A stretch of DNA of 63,060 nt from positions 1 to 63,060 of the forward strand of contig CANMWZ010000024.1 in the NCBI GenBank assembly GCA_947501605.1, in the 5' to 3' direction. The position numbers and the translations under genes are program-made. The first letter of the stretch is position 1, and each line of letters starts with the position of its first letter. The notes below the pieces were generated by a model, which made no database searches, was not told the DNA's origin, and saw nothing but the letters and a program-made list of their open reading frames with translations. This document shows positions 38,377 to 48,964 of this stretch, one piece after another. Source of the DNA: Planctomycetota bacterium. Lineage in GTDB: Bacteria > Planctomycetota > UBA1135 > UBA2386.

Positions 38377-38960
38377 TGTGGGCTGCGCGCGCTGATGACG
38401 GTTACTTGGTCGGCGGACTGACGCGCGATTGCCTGGAGACGTTGCGCGGCGTGCCGATGCTGGTCGAGAGCTCGGATCCACGCGTCCGCGAACGATTGCT
38501 GCCCGACACCTACGACTCTGCGGAGGACGAACAGCAGTGGCGCGAGCATTCCACGCCTGAGCTCGAACGCCTGTTCATGTCGCGTCTGCAGATCGTGCGC
38601 AAGGACCTCGCCGCCGTCCGCAAACTCGAAGCGATCGACCTGTGGGTCCTGCTGCTGCCGGACACGCATGCGAACGCGTGGTTGGCGAGCCTCAATGCTG
38701 CTCGTCTAGCGTTGTTTGTACTCAATGATCTCGACGCGCGGCATCTCGAGCGCGATGGCGACTCGCTCTGCACCGACAAGCAGCGCGAGGCCGTATGGCG
38801 CATCCAGTTCCTCGCCGAGATTCAGTGCATCCTGATGGGCGAGATGGAATCGATGGACGACCTCGGGGATCCAGAAGACGGGGACGACGAGGAGCACGGC
38901 AAGGGAGCCGACATCGACCACGGTCCGATGCACGACGGTCCGATTCCGCCGCTGTCGTGA
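38373..38960 (+). CDS. DUF2017-like protein
   Basis: RLLPDTY, W.....PEL, AWLASLNAARLAL. Translationally coupled to clpS. Confidence 0.75.
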   Translation: MMWAARADDGYLVGGLTRDCLETLRGVPMLVESSDPRVRERLLPDTYDSAEDEQQWREHSTPELERLFMSRLQIVRKDLAAVRKLEAIDLWVLLLPDTHANAWLASLNAARLALFVLNDLDARHLERDGDSLCTDKQREAVWRIQFLAEIQCILMGEMESMDDLGDPEDGDDEEHGKGADIDHGPMHDGPIPPLS

Positions 38961-39120
38961 GTGCACCAAGGGGAAGGGCACGCTTGGTCACAGCCGCTCT
39001 CTCCGTCACAAGCCCCATCGCCAGGTGGACGTGATGTCCGCGTCAGGCGACCGAGGGGACTCGAGCTTCGGGGTGCAGCCCGTTGGCAAGGGCGGGAGCT
39101 TGCGGATGCGTCGCGAGGCC

Positions 39121-42090
39121 TCAGCGATCGCGATCGCGGACGTCGTCACCCTCGTCCGCTTCGGCCGAGCGCGCCTGCATCGCTTCGTCGTCGTCGACCT
39201 CGCTAGCGCGGTGCGTGCCTGCGGCCGGGACTGGGCCCAGAGCTCCGCGCGGCCCACGCAGGTCGAGTACTTCGAAGGGCAGCGTCGTGGACTCTTCCCC
39301 GCAACGGATGCGAACCGCGAACTGACCGGCGCGTTGGCCCTGCTGTCGGCGCCCGCGCCCCGCATTGGCGAGAAAGTCGCGCACTCCGGCGCCGGCGCCG
39401 CCGCCACCTGGGCCGCCTTGCGGCCTCGTCGCACTCCACCGGACCTCGTGGTAGCCGGCCAGGGCGTCTTCTTCATGGCGAAACAGCACACTGCCCGCCG
39501 CGTCGAGGACTTCGACGACGACCTTGCCGCTCCGATCTTCGCTCGCGTACCAGCGGAACGTGGCGACCGCGAACGGATTCTCGATCGACCAGCTGCGCGC
39601 CCCGACGTAGCCGCGCGAGAAGGGGCGCGCGAACACGGCGCCAGGACTGGGCGGCAGCACCGTGAACGCACGCTGGAGGCTTGAGGTGTCGAGTGCGGCA
39701 AGCCCGCGACCATCGAGGGCCCAGATGCCACGACCGTGCGTGCCGACGAGCACGTGGCGCTCCCGCGGTTGCACGACGAGATCATGCACCGCGACGCGTG
39801 GCAGGCCGCTGCCGAGGGCATTCCAGTGCGCCCCGTCATCGAAGGAGCAGTAGATGCCCATTTCGGTACCGACGAGCAGCAGGCTCTCGTTGTCTGGGTG
39901 CTGGCGCACGACGTTGATGGGCTCCTGAGGCAGATCATTGTGGATCTGAAGGAAGGTCTCGCCGCCGTCGTTGGTGCGGAACAGCAGCGGCTCGCGCCGA
40001 TCTTCGCGGTAGCCAGTGAAGGCAACGAACGCGACTTCCGGATCGTGCGGCGAGGCCTCGACGCGCGCGACCCAGAGGCCCTGTGCCGAGGCCGGCATAG
40101 TTGGCGTCAGGTCGATCCAGTGGGCACCGTCGTCGTGGGTCCGCCAGACTTTTCCGTCATCGGTGCCGACGTAGAGCAGGCCGCACTTCTTGGGGGACTC
40201 GGCGATCGTCGTGATCGTGCAGTGCGGGACGTCACCTTGCTTCTTGTCGGCGTCGTTGGTCGTCAGGTCGAAACTGATCGTGGTCCAACTTGCCCCGCGA
40301 TCGCGCGAGCGATGCACGAACTGGCTACCGACGTAGACGGTGTGCGGTGCGTGCGGCGACAGCACGATCGGCGTGTTCCAGTTGAAGCGCAGGGGCTGCT
40401 GGCCCTTGGCCGCTTGTGGTCGAATCGAAGCGCGTTCGCCGGTGCGAAGATTCTGGCGCGACATGCCGCCGAACTGGCTCTCCGAGTAGACGACGTCGGC
40501 ATCGCTAGGGTCGATCGCCACGTAGAACCCGTCGCCGCCGTCGATGCGATACGCGGCATCGGCAGCGATTCCTGTGGGCGACTGGATCGGGAAGCCCCAG
40601 GTGCCATTGTCTTGCAGACCGCCGTAGATGCGGTACGGCACCCGATCGTCGACGGCGACGGTGTAGAACTGCGCGATCGGCAAACGCGCGACGTGGTCCC
40701 AGGTCGCGCCAGCGTCCCACGTCACCGCGAGCCCGCCGTCATTGCCAAGGATGGCATGATCGCCGTTGCGGGGATCGAGCCAAAGCGCGTGGTGATCGAC
40801 GTGCAGATTGCCGTGGTAGGCGGGCGGTGCGTTGCGGCCGCGACCTTCGCCTGGGGTGAACGTCTTGCCGCCGTCGGTGGAGCGGAACACCGGGACTCCG
40901 AGTACGTAGACCTTCTGGTCATCCTTCGGGTCGATGCGGACCTGGCCGTAGTAGTAGCCGGGCTGACCGCCGACGGGCGAGGTGTTGGTCTTACGCCAGG
41001 AGGCGCCGGCGTCGTCGCTGCGATAGACCTCACCACCGATCTGCTTTCGGCGACTTCGCCGCTGCGGGTCCTGGGCCTCATCGTTGGCGCCACTCTCTGC
41101 CTGTTGCCAGAGCGCGAACGCGAGGGGATCGGCGAGTGTTTCGGCGTCGGGACCGGTCCCCTTGCCGCGGTCGTCCGCGTCGTCGGCGAGCGGCACTGCG
41201 ATCTCGGGTAGAACCGGGTCGGCCTTGGGCTCGGCGGCGGGGGACGTGTCCGCATTCAGATTCTCGATCGTCGCGTAGAGGATGCGCGGGTCGCTCGGGT
41301 AGATGCTGAGGCCGATTCGACCGAGGTCGCCCTGGGGTAGGCCCTTCGTCATCTCGACGAACGTCGTGCCACCGTCGGTCGACTTCCACAACCGGCTGCC
41401 CGGGCCGCCTTCGACGAAGTTGTGTGGCCGGCGACGGCGCTCGTAGGACGCGGCGTAGATCACGTCCGGATTGGTCGGGTCGATCGCGACGTCGACAAAC
41501 CCGACGTCGTTGGACACGTGGTGCACCCGCTGCCATGTCTGGCCACCGTCGAGGGTGCGGTAGAGCCCGCGATCTTCATTGCTGCGATAGAGTGCGCCGA
41601 GCGCAGCGACAAACACGATATCGGGGTTGGTCGGGTGCACGGCGATGCGGCCGATGTGCTCGGTCCCGTCGAGTCCGAGGTGCGTCCACGTGGCGCCGGC
41701 GTCTGTCGACTTGTGTACGCCGTTGCCCCAGTAGCTGCTGCGCTGGTTGTTGGCTTCGCCGGTGCCGAGGTACAGCGTGTCGGGTTGGGACAGAGCGATG
41801 GCGAGGTCGCCAATCGAGATCGAGTAGGCATCCTGGAACTGCGGCGCGAAGGTGAGGCCACCGTTGATGGTCTTCCACAGGCCGCCACTGGCGCTGGCTG
41901 CCCAGTACACGGCAGAGTTCTGCGGGTGCACCTCGAGGTCGACGATGCGACCGCCGAACGCCACCGGCCCCAGTTCCTTCCAAGGCATCTGCTGGAGCAC
42001 GTTCTTCTGCAAGTGTTCTTGGTCGCCGGTCTGCGCCCACAGCGGAGCCAAGAGTGCGGAAGCGAAGAGGATGCGAGTAGGAATGTTCAT
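39121..42090 (-). CDS. secreted BNR/sortilin(VPS10)-repeat glycosyl hydrolase-like protein
   Basis: Signal peptide, many SxDxGxTW Asp-boxes, GGLQDNGTW, GGDGF, RFNWNTP, THGRGIW. Confidence 0.88.
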   Translation of the reverse strand: MNIPTRILFASALLAPLWAQTGDQEHLQKNVLQQMPWKELGPVAFGGRIVDLEVHPQNSAVYWAASASGGLWKTINGGLTFAPQFQDAYSISIGDLAIALSQPDTLYLGTGEANNQRSSYWGNGVHKSTDAGATWTHLGLDGTEHIGRIAVHPTNPDIVFVAALGALYRSNEDRGLYRTLDGGQTWQRVHHVSNDVGFVDVAIDPTNPDVIYAASYERRRRPHNFVEGGPGSRLWKSTDGGTTFVEMTKGLPQGDLGRIGLSIYPSDPRILYATIENLNADTSPAAEPKADPVLPEIAVPLADDADDRGKGTGPDAETLADPLAFALWQQAESGANDEAQDPQRRSRRKQIGGEVYRSDDAGASWRKTNTSPVGGQPGYYYGQVRIDPKDDQKVYVLGVPVFRSTDGGKTFTPGEGRGRNAPPAYHGNLHVDHHALWLDPRNGDHAILGNDGGLAVTWDAGATWDHVARLPIAQFYTVAVDDRVPYRIYGGLQDNGTWGFPIQSPTGIAADAAYRIDGGDGFYVAIDPSDADVVYSESQFGGMSRQNLRTGERASIRPQAAKGQQPLRFNWNTPIVLSPHAPHTVYVGSQFVHRSRDRGASWTTISFDLTTNDADKKQGDVPHCTITTIAESPKKCGLLYVGTDDGKVWRTHDDGAHWIDLTPTMPASAQGLWVARVEASPHDPEVAFVAFTGYREDRREPLLFRTNDGGETFLQIHNDLPQEPINVVRQHPDNESLLLVGTEMGIYCSFDDGAHWNALGSGLPRVAVHDLVVQPRERHVLVGTHGRGIWALDGRGLAALDTSSLQRAFTVLPPSPGAVFARPFSRGYVGARSWSIENPFAVATFRWYASEDRSGKVVVEVLDAAGSVLFRHEEDALAGYHEVRWSATRPQGGPGGGGAGAGVRDFLANAGRGRRQQGQRAGQFAVRIRCGEESTTLPFEVLDLRGPRGALGPVPAAGTHRASEVDDDEAMQARSAEADEGDDVRDRDR

Positions 42091-45000
42091 CGGGAGCCCT
42101 CCTGCGTGCGCATTGGCATGGTGGCGGCATCGTCGTCGCCATTGCGCTCGTGCATGCCGGGATCGGGGTGGAGGCGGAAGGCTTCGACCTGCGTGTTCTT
42201 GCCGACGACGAGACGCGCGGAATAGTCGCCTGGTTTGGCGAGGCGGTTGCTGATGCGCGCGTCCCAGCGCAACACCTGAAGGCCACTGCGGGCAGCCCCT
42301 TCGACGGCTGCGATCTCTTTGCCCGTCACGTCATGGATGGTGACCTTTGGCGCCGGCTCGGGCGGGCTCGCGAAGTACACATAGAGCGCCACGCCGTAGC
42401 CAGGATTGGGTGCGCGGAAACCGCGATTGCCCGACAGGGAGCGCGAGGTCATGCGCCAGAGGATTGCGTCCTCGGGCGGAAAGAGATGGCCTTCGGCCGC
42501 TGCCGCAGCAGCGTCGAACGCGCGCAGTGGCGCGATGTCGACCGTGAACACGCCGCGCCCGTGGGTCGCGGCGATCAGGTCGCCGTCGCGATCGTGCACG
42601 AACAGGTCGCGGACGGCGACGGTCGGGAGGTCCTTGCCCATCGTGTGCCAGTGTTCGCCTCGGTCCAGCGAGACATAGGCCCCGAACTCCGTGCCGAGAA
42701 ACAGCAGGTTCTCGTTGCGAGGATCCTCGGCGATGGCATGGCACGGCTCGAAGCTCGGTAGGCCATCGCTGAGCGAGGTCCAGGTTGCGCCCTTGTCCTC
42801 CGACACGAAGACATAGGTGCGCAGGTCGTCGTTGCGGTGGCCGTCGAGCGTGACGTAGACCCGTCCGTCCTTGTGGTAGGAGGGTGCTAGGTCACTGACG
42901 TAGCGTGCTCCTGGCATGCCGGGCAGGTTTTGCTGCCGTTGCGTCCACTGGCTGCCGACCTCGCCATGCCAAATGGCGCCATCGTCAGTGCCGACATAGA
43001 TGCGATCGCGCACCAACGGCGACTCGGCGAGGGCTGTTGCCGTGCCCTCGTCCGTGAGCGCGAGCACTGGCGACACGACGGTTGCCGTCATGCCGTTGCT
43101 GTTCTTGATCGGCGTCAGCTCGCTGCGGGTTCGGCGATTGTCGAGGTGCGCGTAGCGGTCGCTGCGGTACAGGAAGTTGCCAGCGCTCCACAGCACGAGG
43201 CGGTTGTGCGGCGACAGGCAGAACGGCGAGTCCCAGTTGAACTTCGCCGTGCCTTCTTTCGGCGCTTGGCGCGCGATGCGGACCTGTTCGCCACTGCGCA
43301 GATCGACGAGTCCAAGGGCGCCGTTTTGGCTCGTCGCATAGACGATCCAAGGTTCGACCGGGTCGCACTGTGCGCCAAACCCGTCGCCGCCATAGATCGT
43401 GCTCCAGTCCTCGAACGTGATGCCTTCCCGATTGCGCGTGCGCGAGGGACCGACCCAAGTGCCGTTGTCCTGCAGGCCGCCGATGACGTTGTAGGGCACG
43501 CTGTTGTCGGCGATGACGTCGTAGTACTGCGATGCACAGAAGCCCTGGTGGACCTGCCACGACGCACCGCGGTCAAAGCTCTCGTTGACGCCGCCGTCGC
43601 AGCCGGCAAGCACGTGATTGCTGTCGTTCGGGTCGATCCATAGCGCATGAAAGTCGACGTGGATGTCCTTGTTGATCGACTCGAACTTGGCGCCGCCGTC
43701 CTTGCTGGCCCAGAGCGAGGTGCCGACGGCATAGAGGTTGGCGGGGTCGTTGGGATCGACGCGGATCACGGAGTAGTAAAAGGGGCGCTCGGTCAGGCTG
43801 TTGAGACGCACGTAGGAAGTTCCGCTGTCGTCGCTGCGGAACACACCGCCGGTCTCATAGCCAGAATCACCCTGGTACTTCTGCTTGTTGGCGGACTGGC
43901 CGAACAGTCGACCGCTGTAGGGACCGTTGCCGCCGCCGAGCACGCTGTCTGCCGAGCGCGTGGCGAAGGTCACTTCAGCCACCGCGGTCGTCTCGCCGCG
44001 TACGTAGGTGATCGTCACCTTCTGGCCGCCTCGCGAGTCGCGTACGAGTTCGATCAAGTCGGCGTAGCTCTTGATCGGCTCCTCATCGACCTTCACCACC
44101 CGGTCGCCCTTCTGCAGTCCACCTTGGGCTGCTGGACCGTCTTCGGTCAGTTGCGTCAGCACGGCACCGGGTGCTTCGTCGGTGCCATTGTCGCCTTCGG
44201 ACCCGACGCCAAACACCGCGCTTTGCCGCGGCTGGCGGTTCTGGCGCTGTTGCTGCTGTTGGCGCTCCTCTTCGGGGAGCTCGTCGTCCTGGGCGCGGTC
44301 CTTGCGGTCGCCCTTGGCCCAGCCGCTGCGCTCGGTCTCGACGATCAGGTAGACCGCGCCGTCAGGACCGACATCGAGGCCAGAGCGGCCCCATACGCAA
44401 CTCGGCAGTCCGGTTGCGGCGCCGCCTTGCTGCCGCGTCCACGTGGTGCCCGCGTCGGTCGACTTCCAGAGTCCCGAGCCCGTTCCAAAACGAACCGCCG
44501 GGTCATTGTCGTCGAAGCGATTGCGCAGGCGCTCGTAGGTGCAGGCGTACAGCGTGTCGGGGTTCTTGCCGTCGAACCGCACGTCGATGGCGCCAGTCTT
44601 GGCGTCGACGAACAGCACTCTCTCCCACGTGGTGCCGCCGTCCTTGGTGCGGAACACCCCGCGCTCGTCGTTCTCGCCCCAGAGTTTGCCGAGGGCTGCG
44701 ACGAACACGATGTCGGGGTTCTGCGGGTGGATCTCGACATGGCCGATCTGAAAGGTGTCGCGCAGACCCATGTGGGTGAACGTGGCACCAGCGTCGACGG
44801 ACTTGTAGACGCCGTCGCCCCACTGCACGGAGTTGCGCGCGTTCTCTTCGCCGGTGCCGACCCAGAGGATGTTGCTGTCGCTGGGTGCGATCGCAACATC
44901 CCCGATCGAGGCGCTGCCAAACGAGCCCGACACATTGGTCCAAGTCGTGCCTGCGTTCTTGGTAGAGAACACCCCGCCGCCGGCGGTGCCGACAAACCAG

Positions 45001-45293
45001 GTCGTCGGCTGCTGCGCAGCTACGGCGAGATCGGTGATCCGACCCATCGGGTTGGCGGGACCGAGATTGCGCCATGACAAGTCGCGCACCATCTCGGGGT
45101 TCGATTCGAACTTCGCTCGCGGCCGGACGCGACGTTGGCCGCGTTGACCTTCGGCTTCGCCGGTGGGTTCTTGAGTCGGTTGCGGCGCCGGCGCGGACTC
45201 GTCGCTCTGTGCGGGTGGCGACGGGGTCTCTTGGGCGCGCAAGGCGGCAGCATGGGAGACGGCGAGCAGCAGCAGGAACGGGGCGCTTCGCAT
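42087..45293 (-). CDS. secreted BNR/sortilin-repeat protein with inserted PDZ domain
   Basis: Paralogue of the neighbouring gene. PDZ insert (FGV...GAVLTQLTEDGPAAQGGLQKGDRVVKVD). SD GAGG before ATG 45293. Confidence 0.88.
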   Translation of the reverse strand: MRSAPFLLLLAVSHAAALRAQETPSPPAQSDESAPAPQPTQEPTGEAEGQRGQRRVRPRAKFESNPEMVRDLSWRNLGPANPMGRITDLAVAAQQPTTWFVGTAGGGVFSTKNAGTTWTNVSGSFGSASIGDVAIAPSDSNILWVGTGEENARNSVQWGDGVYKSVDAGATFTHMGLRDTFQIGHVEIHPQNPDIVFVAALGKLWGENDERGVFRTKDGGTTWERVLFVDAKTGAIDVRFDGKNPDTLYACTYERLRNRFDDNDPAVRFGTGSGLWKSTDAGTTWTRQQGGAATGLPSCVWGRSGLDVGPDGAVYLIVETERSGWAKGDRKDRAQDDELPEEERQQQQQRQNRQPRQSAVFGVGSEGDNGTDEAPGAVLTQLTEDGPAAQGGLQKGDRVVKVDEEPIKSYADLIELVRDSRGGQKVTITYVRGETTAVAEVTFATRSADSVLGGGNGPYSGRLFGQSANKQKYQGDSGYETGGVFRSDDSGTSYVRLNSLTERPFYYSVIRVDPNDPANLYAVGTSLWASKDGGAKFESINKDIHVDFHALWIDPNDSNHVLAGCDGGVNESFDRGASWQVHQGFCASQYYDVIADNSVPYNVIGGLQDNGTWVGPSRTRNREGITFEDWSTIYGGDGFGAQCDPVEPWIVYATSQNGALGLVDLRSGEQVRIARQAPKEGTAKFNWDSPFCLSPHNRLVLWSAGNFLYRSDRYAHLDNRRTRSELTPIKNSNGMTATVVSPVLALTDEGTATALAESPLVRDRIYVGTDDGAIWHGEVGSQWTQRQQNLPGMPGARYVSDLAPSYHKDGRVYVTLDGHRNDDLRTYVFVSEDKGATWTSLSDGLPSFEPCHAIAEDPRNENLLFLGTEFGAYVSLDRGEHWHTMGKDLPTVAVRDLFVHDRDGDLIAATHGRGVFTVDIAPLRAFDAAAAAAEGHLFPPEDAILWRMTSRSLSGNRGFRAPNPGYGVALYVYFASPPEPAPKVTIHDVTGKEIAAVEGAARSGLQVLRWDARISNRLAKPGDYSARLVVGKNTQVEAFRLHPDPGMHERNGDDDAATMPMRTQEGSR

Positions 45294-45400
45294 CTTCGGT
45301 CCTCGGGGCAAGGGCGCAGGGTGGGCGAGCATACGGTCCGACCCCGGCGCGTGTTGGGGCGAGACGGGATCCGCAACGAAGGCTCCGCTAGGCTGAGAGC

Positions 45401-47395
45401 ATGGCAACGAGATTGGTGCGAACCATCAGCGTGCTCACATGCGGTGTGGCGGCACTGTGCGCGCAGGATCCGAGGCCGCCTGCGTTCGATCTTGCCGAGG
45501 CGCTGCGGCGAATGCAGGACGACTCCTGGCTCCATCGCCCGCCGCTATCGGGGGAACGTGCGGTGCAATCCAGCAGCTTCGACCGGCGCAGCCTCGACGG
45601 CGCGAGCCAGCATGACACGTGGTATGCCAACGACGACCGTGGCAACTACGTCCGCGTGCACGAGCGCGACGGTAACCAAGAGCACGTCCTGTGCGAGGCC
45701 GTGGGAGGAGGTGTCATCACGCGCATCTGGTCGGCCAATCCGTCCGGAACGCTGTTTGTCGACCTCGATGGCGAGCGTGTGTGGAGCGTCGATTTCGCGC
45801 AACTCTGTAGCGGCAAAGTGGCGGGACTCGGCGAACCGTTCTGCGGCATGCGCGCCCGCGGCGGCAACTGCTACTTGCCGATGCCGTTCGCAAAGTCGGC
45901 GGTGATCTCGGCGTCGGCGTCAGACCTGTACTACCACGTCGACGTGCTGCAGTTGCCCGCGGCGACCGAGGTCGCCACCTTTGCACCCGCGCAGATCGAC
46001 GCCCAACGCGCGCAGCTGGCGGCGACGGCGGCGGCGCTGGCGCGCCCGTCCGTGGGCGTTTCGTCCGCCGATGGCCTTGGCGCGAGTCACGTGATCGAGC
46101 CCGGTCGAGTCGTGTCCTGGATCGCGGTGTCGGTGCCCGAGCCAAAGCCACTTGCCGATCTCGGACAACTGCTGCGCCACTTCGTGCTCGTGGTGCGCTG
46201 CGGCCGCGAGGAGACGGTGCAGGTGCCGCTCCTCGACTTCTTTGCTGGCGGCGCCGACTGGCGGGCGCACGAGGGGCACTACCTGCACATCGCTGCCGAC
46301 CGCACGGCCCGTTGTTCCTTGCCGATGCCGATGCCCGACGGCGGCAGCATCCGAATCGTGCAGCGCGGGGACGTCGAAGGCTTCCAACCCACGATCTCGG
46401 GGCTTGGCTACGCCGCCTACGGAGCAAAGGCCGATGACCTGCTGTTTCACGCCTCGTTCCAGTCGCGGCGAGGCATCTCGACGAGACCGTTCCACGACCA
46501 CGTGGTCCTCGACGCCCGCGGCGGTCCCGGGCGGTTCGTGGGTTGCTCGCTGCTGGTGAAGAACCCCCACCGCGCGTGGTGGGGCGAAGGCGACGAGAAG
46601 TTCTATGTCGATGGTGAGGCCTTTCCGTCGACCTTTGGCACCGGCACCGAGGACTACTTTGGCTACGCCTGGTGCGATGCGAGCGTGTTCCAATCGGCGC
46701 TCCATGGGCAGGTGCAGTGCGACGGTCCGATCAACTATGGCTTCACGTCGGTGCATCGCGTCCACCTGCTGGACATGGTCCCGTTCCAATCGACGTTCCG
46801 CTTCGACCTGGAGGTCTGGCACTGGGTGCCCGATTTGCAGATGGACTACGCGTCCGTGGCCTACTGGTATGCCGGTAAGGGCGCCGACTCGGGCTTGCCG
46901 CCGGTCCCTGGCAGCGAGCAACTCGCGCTCGACCGATTGGCCGTGCCAAAGGTGCTGCATGTCGAAAAGGCGATCGAGGCCGAGCGCCTGCGCGTAGTCA
47001 CGTGTTCGGGCGGCACCACCAAGGTGCAGGAGACGTGGTTTGTCGAAGAGCTCTGCAGCGACGACTGCCAACTGTGGTGGATGGATGCGAAGGAGGGCGA
47101 TGTACTCACGTTGACCGTGCCCGTCGCCGTTGCCGGCCGCTATCGAGTGAAGGCTGCCTTCGTGCGCGCCCAGGACTACGGCATCGTGCAATGCGCCATG
47201 GGTGGCACCGAACTCGGACAACCGCTCGACCTCTACGCCGCCACCATCGGTCGCACCGGGCCGGTTGAGCTCGGGGTCATAGCCCTGGCGGCTGGGGATG
47301 CGATGTTCTCGCTGCGACTGGTGGGAGCCAACGCGGCGGCTGTGCCGCGGCACATGGTTGGGCTCGACTACCTGTTACTGGAGGCGCTCGAATGA
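45401..47395 (+). CDS. DUF2961 (GH172-like) secreted glycoside hydrolase with C-terminal CBM-like domain
   Basis: SSFDR, GVITRIWSANP, CYLPMPF, WWGEGDEKFYVDGE..PSTFGTGTEDYFGYAW, SVAYWY. C-terminal IEAE...GLDY jelly-roll pattern. Confidence 0.88.
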   Translation: MATRLVRTISVLTCGVAALCAQDPRPPAFDLAEALRRMQDDSWLHRPPLSGERAVQSSSFDRRSLDGASQHDTWYANDDRGNYVRVHERDGNQEHVLCEAVGGGVITRIWSANPSGTLFVDLDGERVWSVDFAQLCSGKVAGLGEPFCGMRARGGNCYLPMPFAKSAVISASASDLYYHVDVLQLPAATEVATFAPAQIDAQRAQLAATAAALARPSVGVSSADGLGASHVIEPGRVVSWIAVSVPEPKPLADLGQLLRHFVLVVRCGREETVQVPLLDFFAGGADWRAHEGHYLHIAADRTARCSLPMPMPDGGSIRIVQRGDVEGFQPTISGLGYAAYGAKADDLLFHASFQSRRGISTRPFHDHVVLDARGGPGRFVGCSLLVKNPHRAWWGEGDEKFYVDGEAFPSTFGTGTEDYFGYAWCDASVFQSALHGQVQCDGPINYGFTSVHRVHLLDMVPFQSTFRFDLEVWHWVPDLQMDYASVAYWYAGKGADSGLPPVPGSEQLALDRLAVPKVLHVEKAIEAERLRVVTCSGGTTKVQETWFVEELCSDDCQLWWMDAKEGDVLTLTVPVAVAGRYRVKAAFVRAQDYGIVQCAMGGTELGQPLDLYAATIGRTGPVELGVIALAAGDAMFSLRLVGANAAAVPRHMVGLDYLLLEALE

Positions 47396-47667
47396 AGCAG
47401 CGACGCAGCTCGTTTGTGTGTCCAAACTGCGGCGCCGACGTTGTTGGCGGTGCCCGGGCCTGTCGTGAGTGCGGCAGCGATGCGCGCACCGGCTGGCAGT
47501 CGGGCGAGGAGATCGACTATCAGGGCGTCGACATCCCGGACGGCTACGGCGGCGAGAGAGACGAGACGCCGCGCGCCGCGGCGCGGGTGCGACGTTACGG
47601 GGCCACGGTCGTGATCGTGCTGCTCGTGCTCGCGCTTGCCGTCGGTTCGGTCCTGCGATGGAGTTGA
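47392..47667 (+). CDS. small zinc-ribbon membrane protein
   Basis: CPNCG...ACRECGSD..TGW and a C-terminal TM helix. ATGA overlap. Confidence 0.8.
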   Translation: MKQRRSSFVCPNCGADVVGGARACRECGSDARTGWQSGEEIDYQGVDIPDGYGGERDETPRAAARVRRYGATVVIVLLVLALAVGSVLRWS

Positions 47668-47695
47668 CTGGCCGCGGCCGCCGCGTGCCGCGGTC

Positions 47696-48964
47696 TCACT
47701 CGTGGCGCAGGGCTTCGACCGGATCCATGTTGGCTGCGCGCCACGCTGGGTAGATGCCGAAGACGACGCCGACCAATGCGGAGATGCCGAACGCGAGCAC
47801 GACGTGGACCGTGCGGATGATGGTCTTCTGCGCGAAGAACTCGGTGATGCCCCAGGGCACGACCATGCCGAGTGCCACGCCGATCAGGCCACCCAGCGCT
47901 GACAGAACTGCCGCTTCGACGAGGAACTGGAAGACGATGTGCTTCTTCTTGGCGCCGAGCGCCCGGCGAATGCCGATCTCGCGGGTGCGTTCGGTCACCG
48001 TCGCGAGCATGACGTTCATGATGCCGATGCCGCCGACCAGCAACGAGATGCTGGCGATGACGGCGAGCACGAGATTGAACATGCGCTTCTGTCGTTCTTG
48101 GTCGCGCAACAGTTCGAGCGGCACGGTGATCTCGAGATCGGCCTGCTGCTTGTGGGATTGGCCGAGCATTTCGCGCAGCACGGCTGCGGTCGGCTCGACT
48201 TCGCTGGCGTCCTTGACCTTGACCTTGATCTCGTGCAGCTCGACGCGCTCGTTCTTGAAGGAGCCGCCGGACGAGGAACGGATCTCGTCGCCAAAGCGCC
48301 GGCGCGAACTGGTGATGCCCGTGAACATGCACTCGTCGTAGGTCGTGCCCTGCGGGCCGGCGGCGCGGCCCTGGTACTCCAAGACGCCGACGACGCGAAA
48401 ACGGTCTTCGCTGCCAGCCAGCACGGTTTGGTCGATCGGGTTCTCGAGCGGAAACAAGTGTCGGGCGAGGCTCGAACCCAGCACGCAGGCGTTGCTCTGG
48501 TAGGTGATGTCGGTGTCCGTGAGCCAGCGACCCTCCTCGATGTGCATGTTCGCGACGTCGAGAAAATCGGGCTGCGTGCCGACCACGACTGTGCTCTTGA
48601 AGTTCTCTCCGCGAGTGACGTTGCGCGGGATCTCGCGCACCTCGACGACGGTGGCGTGAGGCAGAGTGTTGCGAACGCGCGTTGCCTCGGCGTAGAGCAA
48701 GCCGAAGGCCATGGCCTGGAATGAACTCTGCGTGCTGCTCTGGGCTGTGTCGGGGGGGCGCGTGCTGCGCAACAGGATGTTGGTGACGCCAAGGGCGCGG
48801 AAGCGCTGCAGGGCTTCGTCGCTGGCGCCTTCGCCGACGGCGAGCATGGCGATGACCGAGGCGACTCCAAACAGGATGCCGGCGGTGGTCAGCGTGCTGC
48901 GCAGCTTGTGCAGCATCAGGCTCTTCAGGCCGAGCCGAATGGTGCGGACACTGTCGCCGATCAC
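47696..48964 (-). CDS. MacB/FtsX-type ABC permease
   Basis: [58 protein letters not shown]. Confidence 0.95.
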   Translation of the reverse strand: MIGDSVRTIRLGLKSLMLHKLRSTLTTAGILFGVASVIAMLAVGEGASDEALQRFRALGVTNILLRSTRPPDTAQSSTQSSFQAMAFGLLYAEATRVRNTLPHATVVEVREIPRNVTRGENFKSTVVVGTQPDFLDVANMHIEEGRWLTDTDITYQSNACVLGSSLARHLFPLENPIDQTVLAGSEDRFRVVGVLEYQGRAAGPQGTTYDECMFTGITSSRRRFGDEIRSSSGGSFKNERVELHEIKVKVKDASEVEPTAAVLREMLGQSHKQQADLEITVPLELLRDQERQKRMFNLVLAVIASISLLVGGIGIMNVMLATVTERTREIGIRRALGAKKKHIVFQFLVEAAVLSALGGLIGVALGMVVPWGITEFFAQKTIIRTVHVVLAFGISALVGVVFGIYPAWRAANMDPVEALRHE

